Numbered from the stretch's first letter, positions 18,669 to 29,267 are shown. The stretch is 64,000 nt of DNA from an uncultured Acidobacteriota bacterium (GCA_963809485.1 CAWEJX010000008.1:192001-256000), one strand, 5' to 3'. The notes: generated by a model from the sequence alone, not told the origin. Program-made: numbers and translations.

Positions 18669-21633
18669 TCACCCCGTATGGATGCCCGCTCCCACGGCAG
18701 GACGATCGGCCCGTCGGCGCGCGCACGACGGGCAGAGCTCGCGGTCTAGAAGAGCCGCCATATGATCCGGCAGGCGCAGCCGGACGAAATCCCGGTGTGC
18801 AGGAGTCTGGGTCGGCGCTCCACATTCGCTGCAAACCAGCAGCGGCTGTTCGCGCACAACGGTTCCCGTGATAATCGTGCGCCGCACTCCATCCCGATCC
18901 TCAATTCGGATCGCGCCCGTCGGGCAGACCTGCGTGCAGGCGCCGCAGCCGATGCATAGCTCCGCAGGCCGCGTGAAGTCGAAGTAGGCAAGCCGGCCGG
19001 CCGGCGTGTCGGCCATGCGCAGCGCCTCGACCCCCATCTCGCTGCAGGCGGCCATACACAGGCCGCAGCCGATGCACAGGTCGCAGCGCAGGCAGCGGCG
19101 GGCCTCGTCATGAGCCATCGCGTCGGTCAGGCCCTCCTCGATCCGGACGTAGTTGCCCTCGCCGAGAACTTCTTCGACACTCCTCTCGGGCATCGCGGCA
19201 CGGCGCAGGCTGTGTGCGATGGCCGGCCGCGATGTCCAGGGGCGACACCTCGGCGCGGCGCACCGGCTTGCCGGTGGCGGCGTCCATAACCGACCCGCGC
19301 AGCCAGGCGTCGATGGAAGCCGCGGCGATCTTTCCGGAGCGGATAGCCTCAACGGCCGTCCGCGGGCCGTGCTCCACGTCGCCGCCGGCGAAGACGCCCG
19401 GGACCTTTGTCATCAGGGTCTTCCGGTCCGTGACAAGGAAGCCGCGGTTGGTCTCGACCCCGCTGCCTTCAACGATCGTCAAGTCCGTGCCCTGGCCGAC
19501 GGCGAGGAGCACGTGATCGGCCTCGAGCGTCAGCAGGCGTCTGGAGTCGAACTTCGGGTCGAAGCGGCCGCTCGCGTCCTTGACCTGCTCGCAGAGCTGG
19601 AAGACGACGGCGCCGTCCTCCCCGACGCTGACCGGGCCCCAGCCGGGATGCAGGTTTACCCCTTGCGCCACGGCGGTCTCTATCTCGCCCGGGCTGGCCG
19701 GCATCTCGCGGCGTTTCTCCAGGCAGACCATGTCCACATGCTTCGCGCCCTCCCGCAATGCCGTCAAGGCGACGTCGATGGCGACGTTGCCGCCGCCGAT
19801 GACCACGGCCCGCGGCCCGACCCGCACGGTTTCGCCGCTGCGCACGGCGCGCAGGAAGTCGATGCCGCCGAGCACGAAGGGTTGATGGACGCCTTCGATC
19901 GGGATGTGGCGTGAGCGCTGAATGCCGAGGCCGAGAAACACCGCGTCGTAGCCCTTGCGGAAAGCCTCGATGCTCTCCACCTTGGAGTTGGTGTGAATTT
20001 GAACTCCCAGCAGCCCGGATCTGGTCGAGTTCCTTCTCGAGCAGATCGGGCGGCATGCGGTACGCCGGGATGCCGTAGCGCAGCATACCGCCGGCCTTCT
20101 CCTGCGCCTCGAAGACTTCGACCTGGTGACCGAGGGTGCGCAGGAAATAGGCCGCCGTGAGACCGGCTGGGCCGGAGCCGATGATGCCGATCCGCTTGCC
20201 CGTATCGGGCGCCAGTTCGGGTTTTGGGTAGCCGTCCTCGGCGAGGCAGTGCTCGGCCGCCTTGGCCTTCATCGGCCGGATGAAGACGGCACCGTCGCTG
20301 CCGCCGCGCACGCAGGCTGATTCGCACGGCGCCGGGCAGACCAGGCCACAGGTCAGCGGCAGCGGATTATCCCGCCTGATGACCTCGATGGTGGAACGAT
20401 AATCCCCATGACCGAGGTGGGCCAGGAAACTCGGGATATCGATGTTAGCCGGACAGGTGCGGTGGCAGGGCGCCGGATTGAGCTCCAGGCAGAGCCCTTC
20501 CGGGCAGGACTCACGCCGGACATGACGTTCCCACTGCTCTCGGTAGTAGCGCAGCGAACTGCCGAGCGGCCAGGCGGCCGCCAGCCCTTGCGTGGCCATC
20601 TCGAGCGCCACGCCGTCGAGTGCGGCCAGGTGGGACTGCTTCACCTCGGCCGAGGGTGATCTCGGCCACGAGACGCGCGCCGCGCGCCAGCAAACCGCGC
20701 ACCGGCGCCTCTTCGCCTTCGGCCAGCTGCCAGTGGCGATAGAGTGCGCGCCGGGTCTGTTTGACGACGCACACGCCCTCGGCCATCACCATAAGGCTGG
20801 ATGGCACAGGGACGATGCCCATGGATGCAAATGAGTGTGGCTCGCATGAAACGTTCGTCCTGGAGAACGGCAGGAAGCCACCCAGACCGTCGTCGAAAAC
20901 GAGCACGGCGTCCTGGCCTTCCACTTCGACGCCGCCCCCCCAGTTGCTCGATCTGGCTTCGCAGATTCCCGGAACGCCCAAGCTCGACCAGGCCGCGCTG
21001 CTTCATGCCGCGCCGGAGCGTCAGCAGCGACCCATCGAGGTCCGCCGCGCCAGCGAACAAAAGGGCAATCCGGCACCAGGTTTCCGGCGTGTGGATCAGC
21101 CGTGACCGGTCGGCGGCATTTGCTTCCGCCCAGCAACTGCGCCGGCAATTGCGCTGTACCTCCACCTGCATACGGGGAGTGGTGATTTGGGCGAGCGAAC
21201 GGATGGCATCGACCGTATTTAGGAAGGCGGCTTCCCGGCCGGTCAGCTCCGCCGGCAGAAGCAGCTCGACCTTGCGGCTGTCGCGCAGCCCGGCAGCGAT
21301 CAGGACGCCCTCGGCCAGCTGCCAGGGAGCTCCATCGAGAACGGCGGCCGTGCCGCGTTCCTGCGCGTCGAAAGTGGTCGCGTCGATCACCAGCACCGAC
21401 GGCCCGTGGCCGCGCAGGAATTGCCGCCAGGCAATATGGATCGGTTCACCCGCGGCGCCACATTCGGCCATGCCGGATTCCCGCAGTCGCTGCAACCGCT
21501 GCAGGGGCGCCAACGCCCGGGCCAGGGCCAAACCGGGCAGAGCGCTGTCAAGAGTCGGCGCCGGCGGGACGTCACCCGCAAGGGCAGCCCCCCCCGCATC
21601 GAGCCAGGCCGGCAGCATCTGGAGTTCGCTCAT
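18669..21633 (-). CDS. Fusion of degenerate NuoF/HydB-like region, GltD/NfnB-like FAD-NAD(P)H oxidoreductase and C-terminal ferredoxin domains (frameshifted)
   Basis: APCHRTCPANIDIP, NPLPLTCGLVCPAPCESAC, IIGSGPAGL, GGMLRYGIPAYR, VIGGGNVAID, EARRCLRCDLCIGCGLCMAAC, CIGCGACTQVCP. The N-terminus aligns by eye to NuoF. Confidence 0.8.
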
Positions 21634-22157
21634 GCCCCCTCCTTAGCGACACCCGGAGGCTCGGCGATGAGATAACGGGCGTAACGCTCGCGACGCGGGT
21701 CCGGCGCGTCGGTGGCGAGACCAAAGGATAGGCAACCGGTCACGCACTTGGTGACGCAGGCCGGCTGGAGCCCGCCATCGAGCCGATCCATGCAATAGTC
21801 GCACTTGATCACTTTTTGGGTTGCCGGATTCCACTGGGGCGTGCCCCAGGGGCACGCAGCCATGCAGCTCTTGCAGCCGACACACACACTGGACTGGACG
21901 AAGACGATGCTGTCCTTCTCGCGCCGCTGCATGGCGCCGGTCGGGCAGGCTTTCATGCACCACGCCTCCTCGCAGTGGAAGCAGGGCATGAAGACGAAAC
22001 GCATGCGCGGATGCCCGTCGACATTAAGCGGGCCGAAGGTGACGATTTTGCACGGGGCCGGGCCGGCGCCGAGATCCTTGTTGGACTTGCAGTGAACCTC
22101 GCAAGCCTGGCAGGCGATGCAGTTGGCCTCATCGTGGCGCAGGATGTAATTGCTCAT
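21630..22157 (-). CDS. 4Fe-4S dicluster electron-transfer subunit (DmsB/PhsB-like)
   Basis: CIACQACEVHC, CFHCEEAWCMKACP, CVGCKSCMAACPW, KCDYC..PACVTKC. Confidence 0.92.
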   Translation of the reverse strand: MSNYILRHDEANCIACQACEVHCKSNKDLGAGPAPCKIVTFGPLNVDGHPRMRFVFMPCFHCEEAWCMKACPTGAMQRREKDSIVFVQSSVCVGCKSCMAACPWGTPQWNPATQKVIKCDYCMDRLDGGLQPACVTKCVTGCLSFGLATDAPDPRRERYARYLIAEPPGVAKEGA

Positions 22158-24310
22158 TGTTGCCCTCCCCCCGTCTGCGCGGGCTTGATTCGGACGATGG
22201 TCTCGGTCAGGGCACAACCGCCGCCGGCCGGGTCGAATTCGTAGAGCTTGCCGTGCTGAAGGCGCTGGTCGGCGACACCGACGCCGTGGGCGCGTGTGGC
22301 GAGCGGCACGGTGGCGCCATAGCCGTGAAGCATGAAGACCGCCTCGGGATGGATCCACGGCGTCACCCTGGCCTTGATGCGGCCGGAATAGCTTCCGCCG
22401 CCGTTGATCTCCACCTCATCGCCGTCGGCTATGCCGAGCGGCCTGGCACGGTCGGGGTGAACCCACAGTTCCTGTTTCGGCGCGATCTCATTCAGGATCG
22501 GATTGTTGAGGGACTGGCCGTGCGCCAGCGTCGCCGGGCGTCCGAACAGCAGGTGGAAGCGGTCGCCTGTCGGCGCCGCTTTTGGCTCGTAGGGCGGCAG
22601 GCTGGGCAACCCGGCCTTCTTCAGCACCTCGCTCTCGATCTCGATCTTGCCGGAGGGCGTTGGGAATCTGAGCTTCTCGCGCGGCGTCAGCGTCGCCGCG
22701 TCGGCCAGGCTGACGATCCCCGCCTCGCGCATCTCGGCGACCGTGACGCCGGTGCCCTCGAGCTGGTAGTTCCAGAGCTCCTCGATCGTTTCAAAGTCCA
22801 GGGCCTGCTTGATGCCCATGCGGCGCAGGATCTCGCGGAAGATCCACCAGGCCGGGCGGCTGTCGAAGCGCGGCGCGATTGCCTGGTCGCGCATGGCAAA
22901 GACCGGAATCGGGCCGTTCATCTGGCACAGGATGTTGGCGCGCTCAAGGTAGGACGACTCGGGGAGTATGACGTCAGAGAACCAGCCGGTCTCCGAGTAG
23001 CGGACGTCGATGGAGACGAGCAGCTTCAGTTTGTCCAGCGCACGTTGCATTGCCTCCGGATCGGGCATGCTGGTGAGCGGATCGTGGCGGTAGGCGAAGT
23101 AGGCGCCGATCCCGTACGGCTGCGCCGTCTCCATGGCGGCGAACAGTTGATGCAGCATGCCGATGGCCGGATCCCACTGCGGTCTGTCGGTGCCGGCGCC
23201 GTCCACCCGCGGTTCCCCAACCTTGGGCACACGGCCGGTCAGCGGCTTCAAGCCCTTGCGGCCGTAGTATTCCGGTGACTTCCCCAGCGCGCAACCGCCC
23301 GGGATTTCGATGTTGCCCATCAGCGCATTCAGGATCAGCGCCGTGCGGCTGACATAGAATGACTGCTTGTGTCGCGCCGTCATCCAGCCCGGATGGAAGA
23401 TCACGTGCGGCGCGTCGGCGGCGATCTCCTTGACGAAAGCGCGAATCTGCCCGGCGGGAAGGCCGGTGTGGCTCTCCTGCCATTCCGGCGTCGTGTCTCT
23501 GACTGCCTTACGCAGGTAGTCCATGCCGGAAACGAAGCCGGCGACGAAGTCTTTGTCATAGGCTTCCTGCTTCAGGACTTCGTGGATGATGGCAAGGTTC
23601 AGCGCATAATCGCTGTTCGGGCGCACTTGCCAGTAACGGGTGGCCTTGCATGCGGTGATGCTGGCGCGCGGATCGATGTAGGTGCAGCGCATCCCGTTTG
23701 CCATCGCACCCATGAACGCCTTGGCCTCCTTCACCATGAGCGATTCGACGATGTTGCGGCCATAAAGCACGAGGTGTTTTGTGTTCTTCAGATCGAGGAT
23801 TAGTCCGGCGTGGCTGAAACCGTAGATCGTGCGCGCGGCGTTGTGGACGTTGCCGCCGCAGGTGGCGTCGTGGTTGAAGTAGTTCGGAGAGCCGAGCGCC
23901 TGCACAAAGGTCCGGGTCAGGTCGGTGAAGAAGCCGCCGCGATCGGAAAGCGCGATGCCGCGCCCGCCGAAGGAGTCGATTGTCTCGTGCAGCTTGTCGG
24001 CGACGTAATCCAGGGCCTCGTCCCAGGACGCCCGCCGCCAACGGCCTCCGCCACGCGGGCCCATGCGGATCAGCGGCGTCTGCGGCCGCTGGTCGTCGCC
24101 GTACTGGAACGACAGGCCGGCCGAACCCTTCGCGCACAGGCTGGCGCCGATCGCCTGGTCGTGCGGATTTCCCTGCAGCCAGACAACCCGGCCGTCCTCA
24201 ACCGTCACCTCGATGGGGCAGCGCACCGCGCACATGCCGCACATGCTGTAGACCGTTCGCCGGCCCGGGACGCCCACGCCGCGCACGTTTGGTGCCATGA
24301 CAGAACTCAT
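22154..24310 (-). CDS. Molybdopterin oxidoreductase catalytic subunit (DMSO-reductase family, PhsA/PsrA-like), no Tat signal
   Basis: CGMCAVRC..CAKG FS0 cluster, SWDEALD, HDATC putative Cys ligand, SDVILPESSYLER, VHPDRA..GIADGD. Confidence 0.9.
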   Translation of the reverse strand: MSSVMAPNVRGVGVPGRRTVYSMCGMCAVRCPIEVTVEDGRVVWLQGNPHDQAIGASLCAKGSAGLSFQYGDDQRPQTPLIRMGPRGGGRWRRASWDEALDYVADKLHETIDSFGGRGIALSDRGGFFTDLTRTFVQALGSPNYFNHDATCGGNVHNAARTIYGFSHAGLILDLKNTKHLVLYGRNIVESLMVKEAKAFMGAMANGMRCTYIDPRASITACKATRYWQVRPNSDYALNLAIIHEVLKQEAYDKDFVAGFVSGMDYLRKAVRDTTPEWQESHTGLPAGQIRAFVKEIAADAPHVIFHPGWMTARHKQSFYVSRTALILNALMGNIEIPGGCALGKSPEYYGRKGLKPLTGRVPKVGEPRVDGAGTDRPQWDPAIGMLHQLFAAMETAQPYGIGAYFAYRHDPLTSMPDPEAMQRALDKLKLLVSIDVRYSETGWFSDVILPESSYLERANILCQMNGPIPVFAMRDQAIAPRFDSRPAWWIFREILRRMGIKQALDFETIEELWNYQLEGTGVTVAEMREAGIVSLADAATLTPREKLRFPTPSGKIEIESEVLKKAGLPSLPPYEPKAAPTGDRFHLLFGRPATLAHGQSLNNPILNEIAPKQELWVHPDRARPLGIADGDEVEINGGGSYSGRIKARVTPWIHPEAVFMLHGYGATVPLATRAHGVGVADQRLQHGKLYEFDPAGGGCALTETIVRIKPAQTGGGQQ

Positions 24311-24347
24311 TACAATCTCCTTCCCTCCGATCGCTCAGCCCCAACGA

Positions 24348-25398
24348 TTACACCTCGGAAAACTGAATGACGACCTTGATATCATCGGGCTCTCGCGCCA
24401 ACGCCTGCTCGAAATTCTCCGGTTTTTCACGCCGTGTAATGAGGCCCTTCAGCCACGTTCGATCCGCGTGGGCCAGGGCTTCACCGGCCTTGTACCAGTG
24501 CCGCTTGTTGGCATTCACACTGCCGACCAGCACCAGGTTTCTCAGGACTATTGCTGCCGAGGCGTCTGCTACGGACATTCGGCTGGTAATACCGCCGCTT
24601 CCAACCCCCGTGAGGCAGAGGACCCCGCCCGCTCTGAGCTTCTGCATCGAATCGCCGATCACCGCTCCGACACCGGTACACTCGATGATGACTTCCGGCT
24701 CGAATCCGAGATCAGTAGCCCTCCCGGAGTGATACGTCGCACCGAGCGCTCTTCACCAGATCCGGCTTGGGACCCGAAGTGACGCGGTCCAGCACGTGGA
24801 CGTCCAATCCGCGCTGCACACCCAGGAGGGCGGCGAGAAGGCCGATCGGCCCGGCACCGGTCACCAGCACGCTCCGCGGTTCCCAGAACGAGCGCTGGCC
24901 AACCGCCATCACCATCTCCCAGGCTTTGGTCACGACTGTCGTCGGCTCGAGCAGCACGCCCAGGATTCCCAGTGTGGAATCCACTTTGATCGTGTATTCG
25001 GGCTCAATCCGCCATCGCTCCGACATGTACCCGTCAATCTGTTTGATGCCGCGTTCGGTATACTGACCGTTGTGGCACATGTCCCACTCCCCCACCGCAC
25101 AGCTGGAACACGGAACCGGGTCAGGGCGGCGAACGATGCCGACGACGAGATCGCCCGGCCTCAAACCCTTGACCGGACCCGGGTCGATCACTCGGCCGAG
25201 AGATTCGTGCCCCAACACGAGCCGTGATTTGCCCTCGGGCGCCCAGCCGTATTTGCCTTCGACAATTTCGACGTCGGTTCCACACACCCCGACGGCGATA
25301 GCCTCCACGAGCACCGAGCCGTTCTGCGGATCCGGTTCCGGGATATCTTCCCACCGTGCGGTTCCCGGTTTCTTTGGTTCTACAGTGATGGCTTTCAT
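24348..25398 (-). CDS. Zn-dependent glucose 1-dehydrogenase (MDR family), one frameshift
   Basis: [52 protein letters not shown]. Confidence 0.88.
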
Positions 25399-25658
25399 TT
25401 GAGTTCCTCCTTCGGTTGACTCAGTAAAGCGACGAATAGAGAGGTGTCGTCATCGGATATGCCCGCCAGCCCATCTTCGCCCCAGCGATATGCCCGCGAG
25501 CGGGCGTGGTCATGCGTGAAGTAATTCCAGGCATCTCCGCTTTCGCTGTAGTCTTCGCGTACGGTTCCCCATTGCCGCTCGCTCAGGTAGGGCCCCCATT
25601 TTTTCCAGGGAGCTAGTTTCGTCCGGGCTTCTTCAAGTCTTGTCGCTTCAGCGTTCAT
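25395..25658 (-). pseudogene. N-terminal fragment of an MGH1/GH63-like glucosidase
   Basis: [43 protein letters not shown], then an abrupt end. Full-length family members are far longer. Confidence 0.85.
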
Positions 25659-25719
25659 AAAGAGTTCCTCTAAAAAGCGGGGGGAATCCGGGGACACTGG
25701 TGACTGTCCCTTTCCATAC

Positions 25720-26864
25720 CTACTTCGTTGATGCCCGATTCTGCAGACGCATCTCTTCCCATTCCACCATGCTGGAAGGAACGTGGAACCATTCTTCTTC
25801 CGATACGGGCACCATCACGATCGCCTCGGTTGCGCATCCAATCACGCACACGCCGCAACCGATGCACTTGGCTCGTTCTACCTTCGCCTTGCCATTCTCA
25901 TCCTCAGCGATGGCGTCCACCGGGCAACGCTCGATGCAGGCGCCGCAGGCAATGCACTCTTCCGGATCGATGACGGCGCGGTAGTTCGATCTCTGCGGCC
26001 CTTCCGCCAGACCGGCGAGCTGTCTTGGCCGTGTAAATATCCCACAGCAGCAGGCGCAGCAGTTGCACGTGCCGACGAACTGAGGCGTCTCCGCGCACAT
26101 GGTGAAGCCATAGAACGCGAGGTGGACGTGCCCCATCTGCTCGAGCTTACCAAGGAGCTTCGACGCCTCCTCCCGGCCAATGACGGTTTCGCCGAGCGGG
26201 GTCTGAGGCGGCAGCCCGACGAATCCGCAACGCTTCATGGGCAGATTGCAGCTGTAGTCCGTGCAGTAACTCCCTCTCCCTTTTGCACACGCAGGGAATC
26301 ACGAGAAAACGCTCGTGCCGTTTGAAGTGGGCGTCGATGTCAAGGTGGGGTTCGCGCTGCGATATACTCGGGCTTGAGTGATCCTCGCACCGGAACGACG
26401 CCCAGCAACCCGGGCCGCGGGCGAAAGGATCCGCTCGCCGCCGCCCTCGATCACGTATTGCTCGAAGAGCTCGGCGAACTCCTTGTCCAGCAGCCGCATG
26501 TTGGCTTCATACCAGCCGACCATGAACGGGCCCAGCCGGTACCTCTTCTCGCCTTCGACCTCAGGCTTCAGACCGGGTGCCGCCATGCCGGGAGAGTCGA
26601 GGCGAACCAGACGCCGCGGTATCAGGCTCTCGAGCGTCGCCGTGACCTCGCCGACATCGCGGCCCACCCGTTTCGCAATCTCGGCACGCGGTTTCGGGAA
26701 AGCGGGTCAATTGGCCGGCCAGCCAGACCTCCTCTGGTGTGAACGACTTCTTGATAAGGTTTATTTCCACCCCGGAGGGCGTCCGGGGAAAGCCATGCGG
26801 GAGCGCCTCCAGCGCAGCCGCCAGTCGTTCGTAAATGTCTTCTGGATTTGTCAGAATTGCTCAT
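25720..26864 (-). CDS. 4Fe-4S binding protein with Cys-rich CNCCxCCC motif and C-terminal 2x[4Fe-4S] ferredoxin (frameshifted)
   Basis: [41 protein letters not shown] across several frames; GGAG RBS before 26864. Confidence 0.8.
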
Positions 26865-26908
26865 TGATAATCTCCTTTTTGCAGCTGCTTGGCCTGCCTT
26901 AAAAGGCG

Positions 26909-26974
26909 AACGGCAAAGACCTCAAAGATCGCCAAGCACAAGGTTCTTTGCGGTCTTGGCGATCTCTGCGGTTT
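26909..26974. repeat. Imperfect palindrome (GCAAAGA..CGCCAAG / CTTGGCG..TCTCTGCGGTT)
   Basis: Inverted 9-mer-like repeats in an intergenic gap. Confidence 0.55.
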
Positions 26975-27034
26975 ATATTTCCACTGGCCGGTTTCCATCC
27001 GACATACTCTTGGACAACCGGCTGAACATGTACC

Positions 27035-28012
27035 TCATTTCAAACCCGGGGCTGTTTGGCCACCGCGGCCAAAAGCTTCGTCGATGATGGATTGCAGGTA
27101 CTGGACCAGTTCATCGGACGGTGTTTTATAATCGTCCAGTTCGTACACAACACCCAGGTGTTCGTACTTGCCCAGGCCAAAGCGGTGATACGGTAACAGC
27201 TCATAATCAATCACGTTCTTGTGCGGGCGAATGAACGCCAGGACCGCCCGGATGTGCTCTTCGTCGGCATTGATGCCGGGAATCAGCGGCGTGCGCGCGA
27301 TAAAGTCGATGTCCGGGAACGTCTCGTACGCTCGCTTGAAGTTCGCCAGGATCCGCTCGTTGCTCACACCGGTCCACTTCTTGTGCCGCTCCGGGATCGA
27401 GAGCTTATGATCGTGAAGCATCGTATCCACATGAGGCAATACCTTTTCCACGAAAGCCCAGGGCACATTGCACGCCGTTTCGATGGCTGTATTGAAGCCG
27501 CGCTCGTGGGCTTCCTCGAGCAGCGCGGCGCTGAAATCCGGCTGCAGCAAGCACTCGCCGCCGCTCAGGGTAATGCCGCCGCCGGTCGAGCGATAGAAGG
27601 AGGCGTCCTTTTCCACCTCGTCCAGCACCTCGTTTAAGGTCATCTTCTTGCCGTACATGGAGAGCGCTTTCGGCGGGCAGAGAGAAACTAACGCCTCGTC
27701 GCAGTCGCCGGCCAGGTCCCAGTTGACGCGGACCTTGTCATCGTCGGCGCCCTCCACTACGAAGAACGCCCCTTCCGGGAAGGGAGGCTTGAGGCACACG
27801 CCGCATGCCTTCTTTCCGGTGCACAACTTGGGGTCGTAGGCCAATTCCGATTTGAAGCGGATGCTTTCGGGATTGCCGCACCATTTGCAGCGCAGCGAGC
27901 AGCCTTTGAGGAAAACCGTTGTACGGATGCCAGGACCGTCGTGGCTGCAATAGCGCTGGATATTCAAAACGATTCCGCTTGGGGCGGATGTGTCGGCTGA
28001 CTGGTTCTTCAT
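27035..28012 (-). CDS. Glycyl-radical enzyme activating enzyme (radical SAM)
   Basis: HDGPGIRTTVFLKGCSLRCKWCGNPES, GGITLSGGE, IET, RTPLIPGIN, LLPYHRFG..KY. Confidence 0.95.
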   Translation of the reverse strand: MKNQSADTSAPSGIVLNIQRYCSHDGPGIRTTVFLKGCSLRCKWCGNPESIRFKSELAYDPKLCTGKKACGVCLKPPFPEGAFFVVEGADDDKVRVNWDLAGDCDEALVSLCPPKALSMYGKKMTLNEVLDEVEKDASFYRSTGGGITLSGGECLLQPDFSAALLEEAHERGFNTAIETACNVPWAFVEKVLPHVDTMLHDHKLSIPERHKKWTGVSNERILANFKRAYETFPDIDFIARTPLIPGINADEEHIRAVLAFIRPHKNVIDYELLPYHRFGLGKYEHLGVVYELDDYKTPSDELVQYLQSIIDEAFGRGGQTAPGLK

Positions 28013-29184
28013 AGTTCCCTCCCCAGGCAAATGCCAAGTGACCGCGCGATCTGCATGAATTCGCTGTTCGCGGGCACAGTTCTGACTTTGTTGATCGCTT
28101 CCGCCAGCGGCACGAAGGTGATGTCCGGCGGGACGAATGCCATCATCACGCCATATTTGCCGGCTTGAATTGCACGTATGGCGCCGGCCCCGTAACCCAA
28201 TCCCAGTTGACGATCAACCGCAGAGGGGGTGCCGCCCCGAACCCAGGGGCCCAGGACCATTGGAAAAGTCTCCTCGGCGATCAGCAACTGCAGCCTGGTC
28301 GCCACAGACTCGGCTGCCTGACCGGATTTCTGGATGACAAATTCACTCGCATCACCGGTTGCCAGCGGAGACAGAGATGCTTTGAACGTGGATTCTTTTG
28401 CCTGTGGTTGCGGACCGTCCGTAAATCTTGCTCCTTCGGCCACCACCACCAGCCCGTAAGGCCGCCGGGGGCTAACCTTGTCCTTCAACCTCGCAGCTAT
28501 CACCCGCAGATCGCAGGGGATCTCCGGGATCAGGACCGCATCGGCACACACGGCGATGCCGGCCTGAAGAGCCAGCCAGCCGGCCTGCGCGCCCAGGACC
28601 TCGACCACGCCAATCTTCCGGGCTGACTGGGCAGCCTGGCGGGCCTTGTCGAGCATTTCAATGGTGAAGCTGAGGGCGCTGTTGAACCCGAAGGAGACCG
28701 CGGTGGCGGCGATGTCGTTCTCGATCGTGCGGGGGATACAGACAGCATTGAGCCCTTTGCGGTGGAGTCTATGGAAAATGCTCATCCCCCGGCCGCCAAC
28801 AACCGCAATCAGGCCATCAATTCGTTCCGCCTGTAGTCTTTTCAGAAGTTCATCGGACATGTCCACTTCCTCGACCATGCCGTCTTCATTCACCGTGCGC
28901 ACATGAAACGGGTCCACCCGGGCCGATTGGCCGAGGATCCCCCCGGCGGCCGGATCCAGGTTCTCGGCCAACTGGGGACTGAGTGGCACCAACCCGCCAT
29001 CGGGGTATCGATCGGGGTGAAGCAACCCGTCAAACCCATCCCGGATGCCGAGTATCTCCCATCCCAGTCTTCCTGCCGCCAGAGCCGCACCCTTGACCAC
29101 GGAATTCATCCCTGGAACGTAGCCGGCCCCTACCACAATGGCAATGCGTCTAAGAAAACCGGCATGACCTACTTCAATACTCAT
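28009..29184 (-). CDS. 6-phosphofructokinase (PfkA)-fold protein with divergent active site
   Basis: PGMNSVV, GIRDGFDGL, GGILG, IPRTIENDI, SFGFNSA, LIPEIP, VVAEGA, RGGTPSAVDR. Several canonical catalytic residues are replaced. Confidence 0.88.
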   Translation of the reverse strand: MSIEVGHAGFLRRIAIVVGAGYVPGMNSVVKGAALAAGRLGWEILGIRDGFDGLLHPDRYPDGGLVPLSPQLAENLDPAAGGILGQSARVDPFHVRTVNEDGMVEEVDMSDELLKRLQAERIDGLIAVVGGRGMSIFHRLHRKGLNAVCIPRTIENDIAATAVSFGFNSALSFTIEMLDKARQAAQSARKIGVVEVLGAQAGWLALQAGIAVCADAVLIPEIPCDLRVIAARLKDKVSPRRPYGLVVVAEGARFTDGPQPQAKESTFKASLSPLATGDASEFVIQKSGQAAESVATRLQLLIAEETFPMVLGPWVRGGTPSAVDRQLGLGYGAGAIRAIQAGKYGVMMAFVPPDITFVPLAEAINKVRTVPANSEFMQIARSLGICLGREL

Positions 29185-29267
29185 GACGTACCTCCTCTAT
29201 TAAAGCGTCGCGTGTCAGACTTCATAGCGTTCCATCTTCCTGCCTCGTGATGCGGGCAAGGAGCGGC

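Noticed and set aside
22154-24310. GRR near the N-terminus as a Tat signal
   Set aside because: No xFLK consensus and no hydrophobic helix; the FS0 cysteines follow immediately.
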